Virus record (IMG/VR): IMGVR_UViG_3300027892_002924
Coordinates: 1 to 58,038 of that record
DNA length: 58,038 nt
Reading direction: 5' to 3' (one strand)
Source: a virus
Lineage: Duplodnaviria; Caudoviricetes
Positions 16,165 to 25,719 of the stretch are shown here, one piece after another (the stretch's first letter is position 1; each line of letters starts with the position of its first letter). The notes below the pieces were generated by a model. That model was not told where the DNA came from. It was given only the letters and a program-made list of their open reading frames with translations, and ran no database searches. The position numbers and the translations under genes were made by a program.

Positions 16165-16188
16165 ATTTATTGCAAGCAAAGGTTTGGC

Positions 16189-16779
16189 TTATCTTGCTGA
16201 CAGTACCTGGTCTGCAAGGCCGTATGCAACTGCCTCTTCTGCACTCATGAAGAAATCACGTTCCATGTCGGCTGCTAACTCGGCGTATGTACGACCCGCG
16301 GTGTTGTGTTTTACATAGATATCTGTGAGATACTGCTTCATTTTAAGGATTTCCCGCACCTGGATTTCCATGTCAGTAGCTTGGCCACCAGCGCCACCGC
16401 TGGGTTGATGGATCATGTGTCTTGCGTGTGGTAATATCAGACGTTTACCGGCTGCGCCTGCTTGTGCTAACAAACTGCCCATGGAGCAGGCCTGTCCCAT
16501 TACAATGGTGCTTACGTCAGGTTTGATAAACTGCATGGTGTCGTAGATTGCCATTCCTGCTGTTACACTTCCACCTGGACTGTTGATATAGAACAAAATA
16601 TCGGCTTCTGGATTTTCACTTTCCAAGAACAAAAACTGTGCGACCAACAAGCTGGCACTGTGCTCACTTACTTCGTTATCCAGTAGGATGATACGGTCTT
16701 TGAGCAAACGACTGTAGATGTCATAGGCACGTTCACCATTGGAAGTTTTTTCTAATACGGTAGGTACAAAATTTGGCAT
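16189..16779 (-). CDS. clpP: ATP-dependent Clp protease proteolytic subunit
   Basis: [29 protein letters not shown] (Ser), MIHQP (His), MERD (Asp). Confidence 0.97.
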   Translation of the reverse strand: MPNFVPTVLEKTSNGERAYDIYSRLLKDRIILLDNEVSEHSASLLVAQFLFLESENPEADILFYINSPGGSVTAGMAIYDTMQFIKPDVSTIVMGQACSMGSLLAQAGAAGKRLILPHARHMIHQPSGGAGGQATDMEIQVREILKMKQYLTDIYVKHNTAGRTYAELAADMERDFFMSAEEAVAYGLADQVLSAR

Positions 16780-16786
16780 AATTTTT

Positions 16787-17668
16787 TTAGGTTAAGTTAA
16801 CGGATTTAACAAACTGTCTGCTTGCAAGTAATTCTAACACATCGTCGGGAGCATTGTCAAGATCTGCAATGGGTGGCAAGCCCGGTTTAAACAGTGGATG
16901 ATTTTCATCTAGTCCGCGAGCTAAAAAGAACTGTTTGTTTTGAGAATAATACTTTGACACATGTGCTCTTATCAGTGCCAACATGTCTAATTTTGGGTGG
17001 AAGAATCTCACTGTGAAATCTGCACTGTAGTAGGTAAACGGTTTAAATGCTTCGTCACTTATGTATTGGTCGTTGTCCAGTGCTAGGTCTGTTAGAGTTT
17101 TTCCAATTTCTACATAGTTCAAATACATGGTGCCAAACTGTGATACATCTGTAAAATACTCGTAATCACTGTGATCCAAGATTTCTTCTTTGACCAATCC
17201 AAAATAAGTCACCACATGTCTAGGACGACTACCCCGTGAAATAGATTCACAGCGATGAACTGCAATGTTTAATTCGCCCAATGCTTTTTGTACCTGTGGT
17301 GGCGCTGCTATAAAAAATTCAGACGGGTTGTTTAACAAACCGTGGTATACTTCAAAAATATGATGTAGATAGTTTAAGGTGTCTTGGTCAGCCAGATCTG
17401 TTAGTCTACGTTCTACAATGTTTTTATAGGAGTTAATGATGTCTACTTGTTTGTTTATTTCAGACAGGGCATGAGCAATCTGTTGCTCCTTGCTACCAAA
17501 GCCATAGAATCTGGTAGGATCATCTATTGGAATCTGTTGTGCTTGTGTTTGTTGCAGTTTGTTGATCCATTTGGCCACAATAGGATTATCACGTAATCGA
17601 TAGCGAAGAACAATGCTGTCATTTAGATCATTTGGGTTTGCGTATTCAATACTTACATGGCTGTGCAT
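16787..17668 (-). CDS. hypothetical protein
   Basis: 293-aa ORF; LNYLHHIFE and IAVHRCE His motifs. Confidence 0.75.
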   Translation of the reverse strand: MHSHVSIEYANPNDLNDSIVLRYRLRDNPIVAKWINKLQQTQAQQIPIDDPTRFYGFGSKEQQIAHALSEINKQVDIINSYKNIVERRLTDLADQDTLNYLHHIFEVYHGLLNNPSEFFIAAPPQVQKALGELNIAVHRCESISRGSRPRHVVTYFGLVKEEILDHSDYEYFTDVSQFGTMYLNYVEIGKTLTDLALDNDQYISDEAFKPFTYYSADFTVRFFHPKLDMLALIRAHVSKYYSQNKQFFLARGLDENHPLFKPGLPPIADLDNAPDDVLELLASRQFVKSVNLT

Positions 17669-17689
17669 GCAAATACTTATAGGTATCTG

Positions 17690-18196
17690 TTAGCACTTGT
17701 TAAAATCTTGATGTTTGAACCATCGGCGCATTCCGTGGCTGGTTTTTAAGTCCATTCCATAATAGGCCATGCGTTCGCGCCAGGCAAAGAAGCTAGGTCC
17801 ATGTGCGCCTGAATTTTCAGATACATTAAAACCCGTGTTATCAAATCGTTCTATGTCCCATTGATACTGATGCACCATTTCGTGTGCTAGGGTAGTACAG
17901 AACCACTGTGGGCAGAACCATTTGTCCATCAAGGATATTGAGCACCAGGTTCCTGGTTTGCTGTGACTACCACGTTTTTGCAAGTCACCCATCCACTGGC
18001 AAACACCCCAGGTTTTTCTAAGTGTGCCTAGATGTATGTCAGGCAGGGTCAGCACATTGTGAAATATATGCTTATTAAGACTGTGATAAAGACGGGTAGT
18101 TTCTTCTAGAGACGGGCGATAAGGCAATCGTCTTTGCACCGACACACGCGGCAATGGTGCAGTCATATACTGAGTAATCAAACTAGGTCTAGCCAT
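17690..18196 (-). CDS. SprT-like metalloprotease
   Basis: TLAHEMVHQYQ and GAHGPSF motifs. Confidence 0.8.
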   Translation of the reverse strand: MARPSLITQYMTAPLPRVSVQRRLPYRPSLEETTRLYHSLNKHIFHNVLTLPDIHLGTLRKTWGVCQWMGDLQKRGSHSKPGTWCSISLMDKWFCPQWFCTTLAHEMVHQYQWDIERFDNTGFNVSENSGAHGPSFFAWRERMAYYGMDLKTSHGMRRWFKHQDFNKC

Positions 18197-18250
18197 AGAA
18201 AAGCCCTCACTACGGTATTTACTACCGCAAGAGGACTTTTATCTATAGCG

Positions 18251-19120
18251 TTATTGAACGGTCATGCGTTCAACAAAAGCACCTGGTTTAAGCATGGCCA
18301 AGGCCCTGCGCTGTCGCAGTGCTGGATCATTCACTTCCTGTAACCCATACTGTTTTTCGATTGCCGCTACTTCAGTCATGCTCAGTGTGGTTGGCACAGC
18401 GACCGAGGATGATTGCACAGGTCGAGCTTCGATCACCGGAGCAACCACTGGAGCCAGGCTAACAGGCTCAGTTTCAGCTTTGACCTTGGCAGGTGCAGGC
18501 TGGACCTTGGGCTTGCGCAGATTATCCAGCTCTTTTTCTAGATCTCGCTGTGCGGCATCGTCGGAATCACGTAGCTGATCTTCACGTTGCTGGCGTACCT
18601 TGAGCAAGCGATTGGCATCACCAATTGGGTAGCGCAGGAGCATAAAGGTACGATAACTGCGGTTCTCAGTCTGGATCTTGCTATCTTCAATATGATAGCC
18701 AGTGAGTGCAGTGTCCATGATCACTTTCTTAACAGTGACGCTGGTCTTGTCTACACCAACTGTGCCATCGCTGTCAGTTTTGTGCTGTTTAATCACAGCA
18801 TTCATCATGCCGTTGATCTTGTCAGCCAACTTCAGCTGGGCATCAAGCAGAGCTTTTTCACGGCTCATTGCCAGGTCGTTGCTGTAGCCAGTGCCTGCAA
18901 TATACACATAGTCATCTGTGCTTGCAGGGGCTTTGATATACCATGCGGGTAGATCAATTGTTTGCGGAGCATCAATCTTGCCCTGTGCGGCCACTGTTTG
19001 GTCCTTGGTCACAGCAGGGGTGGGCGATGGGATCGGTTGCGACTCAGCTTGCTTTGTATTCATGCTAGAGCACCCTGCTAGAATTGTAGCAATAGTACCA
19101 GCGATTATCAGACGTTTCAT
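18251..19120 (-). CDS. lipoprotein (LPP20-like)
   Basis: Lipobox LAGC; PAWY..YIAGTG..A.LDA..KLA. Confidence 0.75.
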   Translation of the reverse strand: MKRLIIAGTIATILAGCSSMNTKQAESQPIPSPTPAVTKDQTVAAQGKIDAPQTIDLPAWYIKAPASTDDYVYIAGTGYSNDLAMSREKALLDAQLKLADKINGMMNAVIKQHKTDSDGTVGVDKTSVTVKKVIMDTALTGYHIEDSKIQTENRSYRTFMLLRYPIGDANRLLKVRQQREDQLRDSDDAAQRDLEKELDNLRKPKVQPAPAKVKAETEPVSLAPVVAPVIEARPVQSSSVAVPTTLSMTEVAAIEKQYGLQEVNDPALRQRRALAMLKPGAFVERMTVQ

Positions 19121-19156
19121 TTTGTTCTCCTGTAGAGAGTAGTTAAAGACATTCGT

Positions 19157-19186
19157 ATGTTAGCACAATATTCTACCATTTGTCAA
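19157..19186 (-). promoter_or_regulatory. sigma70-type promoter
   Basis: TTGACA-18-TAACAT. Confidence 0.55.
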
Positions 19187-19736
19187 CCACACGCCAATCC
19201 GTTTGGTCACGTGCCCGACAAATAATACCCTGGTTCATATCCACTTGTTGGGCGCCTGGTCGAGATTCAATGAACCAACGGCACAGACTGCCACGAAATG
19301 GAAACAATGCTCTGTGAATCGGATGCGGTTGCACCTGGCTATCTTTCACCGTGTCACCTATATTAACTATAGGAACGCTGGTTGGGATGGCCTGATCAGT
19401 ACAAATCATTTCCTGATTCATGGTAACACTGGAACCTGCTACACCAACCAAAATACTACTGCGCCCTGTGTTCAGTGCCTGGGCGCAGACTGCATTTGGG
19501 TTAGATCCAGGTGGGCCAACTGACTCACCTTCGGCAGTGTGCCATTGGCTGTCAATCAGTGCCCGGAATGTAACACGACAACGGACCTGCCTGCCTTCAG
19601 CTGGCAATAGGGTTTGCTGTAGATCTGTCATGCGTTCAATACGTGAAGCCGCACGACTGATCGCAGAACTCCTGGTGTAGCACTCAGCATGAGCGATACC
19701 AGCAGTTGCTAACAGAATGATCAGTAACCGGGACAT
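19173..19736 (-). CDS. secreted Cys-containing protein
   Basis: Signal peptide MSRLLIILLATAGIAHA; six Cys. Confidence 0.7.
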   Translation of the reverse strand: MSRLLIILLATAGIAHAECYTRSSAISRAASRIERMTDLQQTLLPAEGRQVRCRVTFRALIDSQWHTAEGESVGPPGSNPNAVCAQALNTGRSSILVGVAGSSVTMNQEMICTDQAIPTSVPIVNIGDTVKDSQVQPHPIHRALFPFRGSLCRWFIESRPGAQQVDMNQGIICRARDQTDWRVVDKW

Positions 19737-19969
19737 TGTGTCCTCACTGTCCACATCAAAGTTCTAGCCCAGCTGACATCTTCTGCCGTGCCGCGGCGTT
19801 CTGCAACCGTTCTTTCCAGGCTGGCTAGATACGCACCCTGTGCCATCTGGCAGTTTACGCCAATCGGTCTAGGAGTATTTGTTGGAGCAATAGGTTGCGG
19901 GGGTGCTTGTGGAGCCTGTGTTGCACACCCACTCAGTACCAGGATCGCGGTTGCGGCAAGAAGTCGCAT
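19721..19969 (-). CDS. small lipoprotein
   Basis: Lipobox LSGC. Confidence 0.7.
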   Translation of the reverse strand: MRLLAATAILVLSGCATQAPQAPPQPIAPTNTPRPIGVNCQMAQGAYLASLERTVAERRGTAEDVSWARTLMWTVRTQCPGY

Positions 19970-19973
19970 GGAC

Positions 19974-20129
19974 TTAACCTTTGTATGCAGTCATAACAGA
20001 TTGAAGGGCCGACCGTGCTTGGTCGGGACTAACACCAGTTTTAATAACCACGTACTTGATGGCACGTTCGGTATTAAGCTGACGATGGAACACAGCCTGG
20101 ATAGCTGTGATTTCAAGATGCTGACTCAT
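19974..20129 (-). CDS. hypothetical protein (51 aa)
   Basis: Manual translation MSQHLEITAIQAVFHRQLN...; AAGGAG SD. Confidence 0.6.
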   Translation of the reverse strand: MSQHLEITAIQAVFHRQLNTERAIKYVVIKTGVSPDQARSALQSVMTAYKG

Positions 20130-20137
20130 ATGACTCC

Positions 20138-20293
20138 TTAAAAGTCTAGTTGAAGAGAACGAGGGTTTTTAGAATGCCGTTGATAACGACGCTTGCTTTC
20201 GACCACTTTGGGGCGAAACGGGGTGTCGCGACCATACAGCTCAACGCAACGGCGCTTGACTCGCGGCACTTTAACTGTAATGGTTTGCTTCAT
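20138..20293 (-). CDS. small basic protein, ArfA-like
   Basis: Manual translation MKQTITVKVPRVKRRCVELYGRDTPFRPKVVESKRRYQRHSKNPRSLQLDF. Confidence 0.6.
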   Translation of the reverse strand: MKQTITVKVPRVKRRCVELYGRDTPFRPKVVESKRRYQRHSKNPRSLQLDF

Positions 20294-20323
20294 ATCTTTC
20301 ACCTAAATTTATAAGTTGTCGCT

Positions 20324-20352
20324 ATTGTTACACAAATAGGTTTTGGTGTCAA
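20324..20352 (-). promoter_or_regulatory. sigma70-type promoter
   Basis: TTGACA-17-AACAAT. Confidence 0.55.
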
Positions 20353-20534
20353 CCTTTTTTTGGTCGTATGCTAAACACACTGAATAGGATTGCACTGGCA
20401 CCCCAGGTCTCCAGAGTGTAGGGAATATTTACCACTGGAAACAGTGTGTTGATACTCCAGATTACCAGCAGAGGGCCAATGGCGATTGCAATCAGCACCA
20501 GTAGGATAACTGCTATAAATTGCTTAGAGGTCAT
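20349..20534 (-). CDS. small membrane protein
   Basis: MTSKQFIAVILLVLIAIAIGPLLVIWSINTLFP; GGAG SD. Confidence 0.7.
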   Translation of the reverse strand: MTSKQFIAVILLVLIAIAIGPLLVIWSINTLFPVVNIPYTLETWGASAILFSVFSIRPKKG

Positions 20535-20565
20535 TCTATCTCCAAATTTATTTAACTTAGCCTCT

Positions 20566-20594
20566 AGTATAGCAAATGGGTTCTTTTGTGTCAA
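20566..20594 (-). promoter_or_regulatory. sigma70-type early promoter
   Basis: TTGACA-17-TATACT. Confidence 0.85.
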
Positions 20595-20598
20595 CCGT

Positions 20599-20646
20599 AA
20601 AAAACCCTTGATTTACAAGGGTTTTTAGGTAGTACTTTTGTTAACA
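20599..20646 (-). repeat. repeated stem-loop/upstream element, copy 3
   Basis: TGTTAACAAAAGTACTAC-CTAAAAACCCTTGTAAATCAAGGGTTTTTT. Confidence 0.9.
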
Positions 20647-20647
20647 A

Positions 20648-20806
20648 TTAGTAAATGTCATGGTACTGCTTGTGATTCCATTGGCGCATCAAGTGGTCCA
20701 GGTCACCAGCACTGGTTGGATGGCGGCTTGCGATCCAACGTTCAAGATCTGATGGTTGGCGGAACATTTCCTGCACCCGTTCCCACATCTCTTTAACCTT
20801 GCTCAT
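20648..20806 (-). CDS. small protein, DUF3563-like
   Basis: Manual translation MSKVKEMWERVQEMFRQPSDLERWIASRHPTSAGDLDHLMRQW... Confidence 0.55.
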   Translation of the reverse strand: MSKVKEMWERVQEMFRQPSDLERWIASRHPTSAGDLDHLMRQWNHKQYHDIY

Positions 20807-20928
20807 TTTGAGTTCTCTACCAGTGCCTGGGCTTCACGATACATTCCCATGCGAGCCATGTGTGCGGCAGCACGAGCAGTCCCGTATGCATCAGCCCAAT
20901 ACCAGAACCTGTTTAAAAATCCACGCAT
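20803..20928 (-). CDS. hypothetical protein (41 aa)
   Basis: MRGFLNRFWYWADAYGTARAAAHMARMG..; ATGA overlap with next gene. Confidence 0.6.
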   Translation of the reverse strand: MRGFLNRFWYWADAYGTARAAAHMARMGMYREAQALVENSK

Positions 20929-20930
20929 GA

Positions 20931-21215
20931 TCACTTAGCCTTTGCAGGGGTGAATGTTTTGGTAAAGGTTTCTGCGAAATCAGTGAAGTGCTTGGTATAA
21001 TCTGCCTTGGCAGCTTCGGTTGCGGTCTTTACCACTTCTTTACCAACTGTGGTGAATGCGTCGGTGCCAACCTTGACTGCGGTTTTTGCAGTTTGCGCTT
21101 GTGCTTCAACGATATCAGTTAGGCTTTTTGCAACTGCTTCATTCTGGATGAATTTGATTGCTTGCTTCTGTGCGGTTGTGAATGTATCAATTAGTGTTTC
21201 TGCTGTGTTGAACAT
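20931..21215 (-). CDS. phasin-like amphipathic helical protein
   Basis: Ala/Thr/Lys-rich helical 94 aa; AAGGAG SD; family assignment is a guess. Confidence 0.5.
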   Translation of the reverse strand: MFNTAETLIDTFTTAQKQAIKFIQNEAVAKSLTDIVEAQAQTAKTAVKVGTDAFTTVGKEVVKTATEAAKADYTKHFTDFAETFTKTFTPAKAK

Positions 21216-21431
21216 GATTTTCTCCTTATATAGACGAATGTTCGATAATGTTTGCATGACCCTACCATAGGCATCATGTTTTACATTATACATTTATTTA
21301 TGCGGCACTGCAACATATCTAATGGTTTCTACTGAGATTCTGGTGAAATTAGTGACCATTTACTAAACCAGAAAAATACCGGCGTGCTACATAAAGGTTA
21401 AATAATTTACTAACCATTCAAGGAGATTCAA

Positions 21432-21704
21432 ATGGAAATTATTATTGCGCTTGTAGTTGTGGGTGTTATCGTTGCATTTTACTTTAATCGCAAAGAGGCA
21501 ACTTCTGTTGATGCAGTTGCACCCGGTGGTGCACCTTACAAGGTGCCAGAACCAGTTGTTGAACTAGAACCAGTTGTTGAACTAGAACCAGTTGTTGAAC
21601 TAGAACCAGTTGTTGAACTAGAACCAGTTGTTGAAGCACCTGCTAAAAAGCCAGCTGCCAAGAAGCCGGCACCGGCTAAAAAAGCCGCACAACCCAAGAA
21701 ATGA
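21432..21704 (+). CDS. membrane-anchored protein with EPVVEL repeats and Lys/Pro/Ala tail
   Basis: N-terminal TM helix, AAGGAG SD, TAAATA upstream. Confidence 0.8.
   Translation: MEIIIALVVVGVIVAFYFNRKEATSVDAVAPGGAPYKVPEPVVELEPVVELEPVVELEPVVELEPVVEAPAKKPAAKKPAPAKKAAQPKK
21549..21635 (+). repeat. perfect 18-bp tandem repeat
   Basis: GAACCAGTTGTTGAACTA x4 plus a 15-bp partial copy. Confidence 0.95.
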
Positions 21705-22408
21705 AAATTAAAGTAGCTAATACTTTTAATTTTCTAATCCCCTACAATGTGCCTATGTTACGATTAGGCAAGGTAGGGGATTGCGGAAATGCCGTTCCTG
21801 CGCAGGCACTTGCCGCCACTAATCTCATCAGCATGGGATTAGGTACTAATTGGTCGTTTGACCAAGACTGGCACACATTTAACCCCACTGGCACAATACA
21901 TGGATATGACGGAACTATTTTTCCGGAAGAGTTTTCTGAAGATTTAAAAGCAGATTACAAATCTTTTTTTCGAGGAAACGTAATTCATTTTAAGGAAAAT
22001 GTCGGAGTTGATAACATAGATCAAATCCTAGGCCGTGTGCAGGGCGATACTTTCCTTAAAATTGACATCGAAGGACATGAGTACACTATTATTCCAGCTG
22101 TAGGGAAAGCTCAGCATGTCATGGGCATGATTATTGAATTCCATGGACTGTCACTGGATTTTGATCCTGATAGATCAAGATTTAAATCAGCAATCAATGC
22201 ATTGGCAAACTATAAAATAGTTCATGTGCATGCCAACAACTTCGGCGGCATAAGCGAAGACTCATTGCCGCACACATTGGAGATTTCATTCCTACGAAAT
22301 GATCTATGTACCACCGAAGAAAAAAGGTATGATGTATATCTCAAAGGCCTAGACACACAAAATTCATTCAGCAATGAAGACTACGAGCTGATTTTTTCCG
22401 AAGATTAG
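21701..22408 (+). CDS. FkbM/Methyltransf_22-like methyltransferase
   Basis: SMGLG..WSFD, FLKIDIEGHE, IEFH, VHVHANN. Confidence 0.7.
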   Translation: MKIKVANTFNFLIPYNVPMLRLGKVGDCGNAVPAQALAATNLISMGLGTNWSFDQDWHTFNPTGTIHGYDGTIFPEEFSEDLKADYKSFFRGNVIHFKENVGVDNIDQILGRVQGDTFLKIDIEGHEYTIIPAVGKAQHVMGMIIEFHGLSLDFDPDRSRFKSAINALANYKIVHVHANNFGGISEDSLPHTLEISFLRNDLCTTEEKRYDVYLKGLDTQNSFSNEDYELIFSED

Positions 22409-23433
22409 ATCAAAGATTTAGCTTGAGCATAAACCTGCTCACTGGCTAAATTTTTGCCCTTGGCTTCACACATGATGTCACCCCAGCTCACATGTTCCAC
22501 TGCCCATTCATTCACAGCTTCGTTCCAATAAAAGTCGCTATGGGCACGTAGTTTTTGTTTCTTGTGGCCTCCTGCAACAAGTCCTGCAAGATCGGGCCTA
22601 GTTCGGGTACAATGATCCACAAGAATATCTTCCCGGCTAACAGAATAGTGCAGAACAGGACGAGTGCCGCGCCAAGAGTCAATAACACTGCGTACCCGAG
22701 GATCTGTAGTCTGGATATACTCGCCACTGTTAATCCAGTGATGATGTAGATCGAGAACAAGAGCCACATGTTTACCGACAGTAAGAGTACAATCCAATCC
22801 ATTGGTCATCTCGTCATTCTCGATGGTAATAAGATTCCTAGCTTCAGGTGTGAGTCTGCCTAGAGTTCTTAGGAACTTGTCTGGCCCACCTTTACCAGAC
22901 AAATGCACGTTGATTTTAAATCCATGGTCATGCCATGTAGCACCGTAGCCCATCCACCGTGCCATATCCGCGTGATATTCAAATTCTTGTATACTGCGCT
23001 CTACAATTTCGTCTGACTCTGAGGCCAGCACACAAAACTGACCAGGATGAAACGATAGTCGCACATCTAGTCTACGAGCAGTTTCACCAATAGGCGCAAA
23101 GATCCGTTCACAGTGCGCCTGTATATCAGGCTGTTGCCACCACGTGATCCAGCTGGCCTCAGTGTAGCCTTGTAGCATTTCACTGCCTAGACGTACCATT
23201 CTGCGTTCTGGCGGCAGTGTACCCACACGTTCAATCATCTTTACAGCGGCCGCCGTATTGTGATTCATGATGTCCCACTGGCGCTGTTCTGCTTCCTCAG
23301 GGTGTTCGCGCAGCCATCGCATGGTAGTTGAGCGCCCGTTCAGTTCACGGTCCACAGCATTGACTTTCATGCCACCGCACTCACTGGGGTCGTTGAGCCA
23401 TTTGCATGCAAATCCAATACGTTTTTGTGTCAT
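22405..23433 (-). CDS. uvsE: UV DNA damage endonuclease
   Basis: RIGFACK, RLSFHPGQF, IENDE, VLDLHHH, RAHSD, MCEAKGK. Confidence 0.92.
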   Translation of the reverse strand: MTQKRIGFACKWLNDPSECGGMKVNAVDRELNGRSTTMRWLREHPEEAEQRQWDIMNHNTAAAVKMIERVGTLPPERRMVRLGSEMLQGYTEASWITWWQQPDIQAHCERIFAPIGETARRLDVRLSFHPGQFCVLASESDEIVERSIQEFEYHADMARWMGYGATWHDHGFKINVHLSGKGGPDKFLRTLGRLTPEARNLITIENDEMTNGLDCTLTVGKHVALVLDLHHHWINSGEYIQTTDPRVRSVIDSWRGTRPVLHYSVSREDILVDHCTRTRPDLAGLVAGGHKKQKLRAHSDFYWNEAVNEWAVEHVSWGDIMCEAKGKNLASEQVYAQAKSLI

Positions 23434-23464
23434 TGTGTGCCTTGAAGAGTTGTGACTGTAGAAC

Positions 23465-23494
23465 AGTGTAACACAAAATAGAATTTGGTGTCAA
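23465..23494 (-). promoter_or_regulatory. sigma70-type promoter for uvsE
   Basis: TTGACA-18-TACACT. Confidence 0.6.
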
Positions 23495-23498
23495 CCAG

Positions 23499-23612
23499 CT
23501 ATTTCCAGGGGTCGTCCGATTCGAGCAGTTCATCTAGTAGTTTGCCTGCTAGATAAACAGCGCCTACAAAAAGAAAAAATACAATAATTCCCAAAACAAT
23601 TTCAACTATCAT
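23499..23612 (-). CDS. small membrane protein (37 aa)
   Basis: MIVEIVLGIIVFFLFVGAVYLAG..; GGAGG SD. Confidence 0.55.
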   Translation of the reverse strand: MIVEIVLGIIVFFLFVGAVYLAGKLLDELLESDDPWK

Positions 23613-23630
23613 AGAAACCCTCCTGTTAAA

Positions 23631-24890
23631 TCAATTGATTATTCCAAATTTGCTCCACGCTCCGCCGCCCAAACTGACCCAACCAACTGGCTGGCCTGGG
23701 CTTGGATTTTCATTGAATGCTACTGTACCACGTGGGTGTTCGATTGCCGGAACACTCGGAGAACTAATAACGGAAACTTTGTTTATTGTTAGTTTATTAA
23801 CACGCACACTGCCATCGGTTGCCAGCGTTAGGTTGTCTTGATTGTTTGCACTCAGTATCAGGTCCTGGTTGCGTGGCGTGCCAATCCAGCCTGTGTCTTT
23901 TAGGCGTTTGCCAAATCCCAGCTCTACTTCTTGATCCCATACAGTTAAGCTATTTGCAGGCTCAATGGTGCCTATGCCCACTTTGTTCTTGCCCACATAC
24001 AGTTGTTCACTGAGATATGTCTCGCCAGTGGTCTGCAGATCTTTGACCTGGCCTAATCGTGTGATGTTGGTGTCATAGATACCATAGTTGAGTTTGTTGC
24101 CAGTGATAATCTCAACTCCATTCAAAGTGATGCGACTGAGATCTAATCCTTCTTCTCGAATCTTGGCAAAGATTACACTACTGTAATCTCCAAAGAAAGC
24201 CGAGTCCATGCTTTCTTTAACACCAGCCACTGCACTGTTAATGATGCTGGTGTAGAACTTTGAGCTAGGGGGTACGTTGCCTTGTATGAGAATATCGCCT
24301 TCGAGCACAGTGGTACCTCGAACTTCAAGGCCCAGGGTGATCATGCGATTCTCAACTATTACGCCTTCGTCTATCAAGGTCATCTGTACCTTGCTACTGC
24401 GATCATCAATACCAGTGCTACCAAAGTTCTGTATGATTCCACCATTGATATTGTCACCAGTTATTTGTAATCCTGTGGTATTAATTGCTCGAGCAGAAAT
24501 ACTTTGTTCTGGAAAATTCTGAGTATCCATGCGTCGACCAATTTCAGCAGTCACTAACTCTCGCATCACATGCGACACATCTATGTTCTGTAAATGGTTG
24601 AGTATTTTATCTTTGCTGAGACGACTACATTCAGTACTGATGTTGTCAACCAATATATCGGTCACTGCATCCAGCCTTTGTTCAACGTTTGTTTTGTTGA
24701 TTTCGAGTCCAGCAATCAAGCCGTCCAGTTTAACACTGGCAAGCCAGTTGAGTTTTTTTTCATAGTCAAAATTAACTAATTTTTGTTCTAAAAAAGAATC
24801 AACTGCACTTTCAACTCGTTTTTCCAAACGAGACTCAATGCCTCTTACTAGATTTTCTACTATGCTGTCTACTTGTTGAGTTACGTCCAT
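23631..24890 (-). CDS. putative virion/tail-associated protein
   Basis: Helical N-half, beta-rich C-half, VGIGT..P and C-terminal N.NP..G..VGW....G.W.KFG typical of fibre ends. Confidence 0.6.
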   Translation of the reverse strand: MDVTQQVDSIVENLVRGIESRLEKRVESAVDSFLEQKLVNFDYEKKLNWLASVKLDGLIAGLEINKTNVEQRLDAVTDILVDNISTECSRLSKDKILNHLQNIDVSHVMRELVTAEIGRRMDTQNFPEQSISARAINTTGLQITGDNINGGIIQNFGSTGIDDRSSKVQMTLIDEGVIVENRMITLGLEVRGTTVLEGDILIQGNVPPSSKFYTSIINSAVAGVKESMDSAFFGDYSSVIFAKIREEGLDLSRITLNGVEIITGNKLNYGIYDTNITRLGQVKDLQTTGETYLSEQLYVGKNKVGIGTIEPANSLTVWDQEVELGFGKRLKDTGWIGTPRNQDLILSANNQDNLTLATDGSVRVNKLTINKVSVISSPSVPAIEHPRGTVAFNENPSPGQPVGWVSLGGGAWSKFGIIN

Positions 24891-24891
24891 T

Positions 24892-25620
24892 TTATCCAAA
24901 TTTGATTGATATTACATGCTCGTAGTTTTTCCTAATCAGGCTTTTGTACAAGAGATTCTTGTGAACTAGAAAATCTCTTGCGCCCGCATCATATCCAAAC
25001 TTGGCACACTGCTTGAAAAACATATGGCGACAACGGAAACATGAACTTACTGCTAGAGATGAGCCGGTGATTTCGTACACAGTCCTGCTCCAGGCATTTC
25101 TATCCACGTCATTATAATCATGGTGCTCTAGGTATATCCTAGTTTCTAGATCATTTTTAATCACTGCTGGCGTACTAAATTCTCTGTCTTTGAATTCTTG
25201 ATTTTTGTAGTCACGTAATGTAGTTATCATGATCCGCTTGGTCACGTTACAAATCATATCAAACTTTGATTTTTGATCTGCTTCACTGCTGACAAAAGTA
25301 AAGTACTCTTCAAGTGCAATCACAGCATCAAATTGTTTGCCGTAATTGAACAGATCTTCAATAGGCACGACTTCAAACTTTATACCATTGGCAAGCAGCC
25401 AGTCACTGGCAGTTGCGCTAATTTCTGCTAGGTATATCCGATCAGCTGGACACTGTAGTATTGCAGGATTAAAGCCAACAAACAGCACGGACTTTGGTAC
25501 CACGCCGTGATGATCGTAAACAGAGCTTAATATACCCTGTTTACGATTTGTTATTTCTTGTTGCTTGTTACTGAATACAAATGCCCCAAATCCAATATCA
25601 GAGTACTCTAAAAACTCCAT
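24892..25620 (-). CDS. hypothetical protein, methyltransferase-like fold
   Basis: SVLFVGF, FDAVIAL; start reset to MEFLEY downstream of TAAATA. Confidence 0.6.
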   Translation of the reverse strand: MEFLEYSDIGFGAFVFSNKQQEITNRKQGILSSVYDHHGVVPKSVLFVGFNPAILQCPADRIYLAEISATASDWLLANGIKFEVVPIEDLFNYGKQFDAVIALEEYFTFVSSEADQKSKFDMICNVTKRIMITTLRDYKNQEFKDREFSTPAVIKNDLETRIYLEHHDYNDVDRNAWSRTVYEITGSSLAVSSCFRCRHMFFKQCAKFGYDAGARDFLVHKNLLYKSLIRKNYEHVISIKFG

Positions 25621-25719
25621 CACGATTTCCTTGTTGCAAGTATTTATTTGGATCCTGTTAAAACACCAGCTACCCATAAATATGTACATAATAAAAGCAA
25701 TATTGAAGGAGCTCGCGAA

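Noticed and set aside
21549-21635. Possible CRISPR array
   Set aside because: Repeats are contiguous with no spacers and lie in frame within a CDS
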